Below, piece after piece: positions 26,743 through 27,135 of a stretch of DNA of 27,135 nt. Numbering within the stretch: position 1 is the stretch's first letter; the number at the start of each line of letters is the position of its first letter. The position numbers were made by a program, and so were the translations under genes. This DNA is from Gemmatimonadota bacterium (lineage in GTDB: Bacteria; Gemmatimonadota; Gemmatimonadetes; Palauibacterales; Palauibacteraceae): the NCBI GenBank assembly GCA_039588275.1, contig JBDHAC010000047.1, positions 1 through 27,135 on the forward strand. The letters are read 5' to 3'. A model generated the notes under the pieces. It was not told where the DNA came from and ran no database searches. It saw nothing but the letters and a program-made list of their open reading frames with translations.

Positions 26743-26864
26743 CCAGACTCCCACACACCAAATTAGCTCATGCCAGGATCCCATCAAAACAGCCAATGAC
26801 AATTCGCGTTGGTATTCCCCCAGGGCGTCTCGCTCGACCGAGTGAGTGCATCCCCGCCGGATAC

Positions 26865-26906
26865 CGAGAGGCCCTCACACCCTGCGGTGGGGGTGAGGGC
26901 CTCTCG
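26865..26906. other. 14-bp perfect inverted repeat 21 nt downstream of the copy C stop codon
   Basis: CGAGAGGCCCTCAC (26865-26878) pairs with GTGAGGGCCTCTCG (26893-26906). There is no U-tract. Confidence 0.7.
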
Positions 26907-26927
26907 TTGGAATCCACGAGCCGCGAT

Positions 26928-27134
26928 TCAGTTGTGGAAACTGCAGTTGCCGTTGCCGCTCTTGGTGAGGTTACAAGTGCCAGTAACAGCCCCGAACGGG
27001 CTGCCAAAGATGGCGGTGAATCTCGTCTGTGACGAGACAGCACTCCCGGCAACGACTCCAGCGTTGCACTGGCCGTTGACGTTCCCACTCGGAGTAGCGA
27101 CCAGGGTTGCGGGGCCAATGTACAGCCCGCCGGA
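26928..27134 (-). CDS. 3' part of a small Cys protein of the 'T-x-SGN-x4-C' family (copy C; 5'-partial, not in ORF track)
   Basis: Manual translation gives SGGLYIGPATLVATPSGNVNGQCNAGVVAGSAVSSQTRFTAIFGSPFGAVTGTCNLTKSGNGNCSFHN*. It aligns with copy B as Y-x-G-x2-T-x-V-x-TPSGN-x4-CNA-x2-VAG-x2-V-x3-T...NLT-x2-G-x-G. Confidence 0.8.
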   Translation of the reverse strand, partial: SGGLYIGPATLVATPSGNVNGQCNAGVVAGSAVSSQTRFTAIFGSPFGAVTGTCNLTKSGNGNCSFHN

Positions 27135-27135
27135 C

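Noticed and set aside
26768..27118. Tracked 116-aa minus-strand ORF
   Set aside because: It is the wrong frame. The alternative frame ending at 26928 matches the copy B protein, whereas this one runs through the downstream hairpin.

Overview
GC-rich bacterial chromosomal window with no rRNA, tRNA, CRISPR or mobile element detected. The gene content (kinase-TolB-TPR, BTAD-AAA, BNR/VPS10 protein, pilin type, small lipoproteins) suggests Gemmatimonadota, which is an inference. In order, it holds: the 3' end of a probable B12-binding radical SAM gene; a membrane-anchored TolB-like/TPR protein; an ALDH7-family aldehyde dehydrogenase; two small exported proteins; a minus-strand Sfp-type PPTase-fdrA-ylbE(DUF1116) operon; a type IV pilin fused to a His-rich DUF4399-like domain; a DUF3568-like lipoprotein; an EF-Tu domain II-like small protein; an EEP-family lipoprotein; a Ser/Thr kinase with a BTAD-AAA regulator; a frameshifted CopD/DUF4149-like gene; and a large BNR/VPS10 protein. 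The right-hand region has three related small Cys-containing genes (one absent from the ORF track), interspersed with an NTF2-like protein, an outer-membrane barrel, a DsbA-family protein and structured intergenic elements. The best leads are the small Cys-protein family with DsbA and the barrel, the pilin fusion, the PPTase-coupled fdrA-ylbE operon and a candidate sRNA/small-ORF pair at 23.4-23.7 kb. All family assignments come from motif recognition by eye, not database searches.
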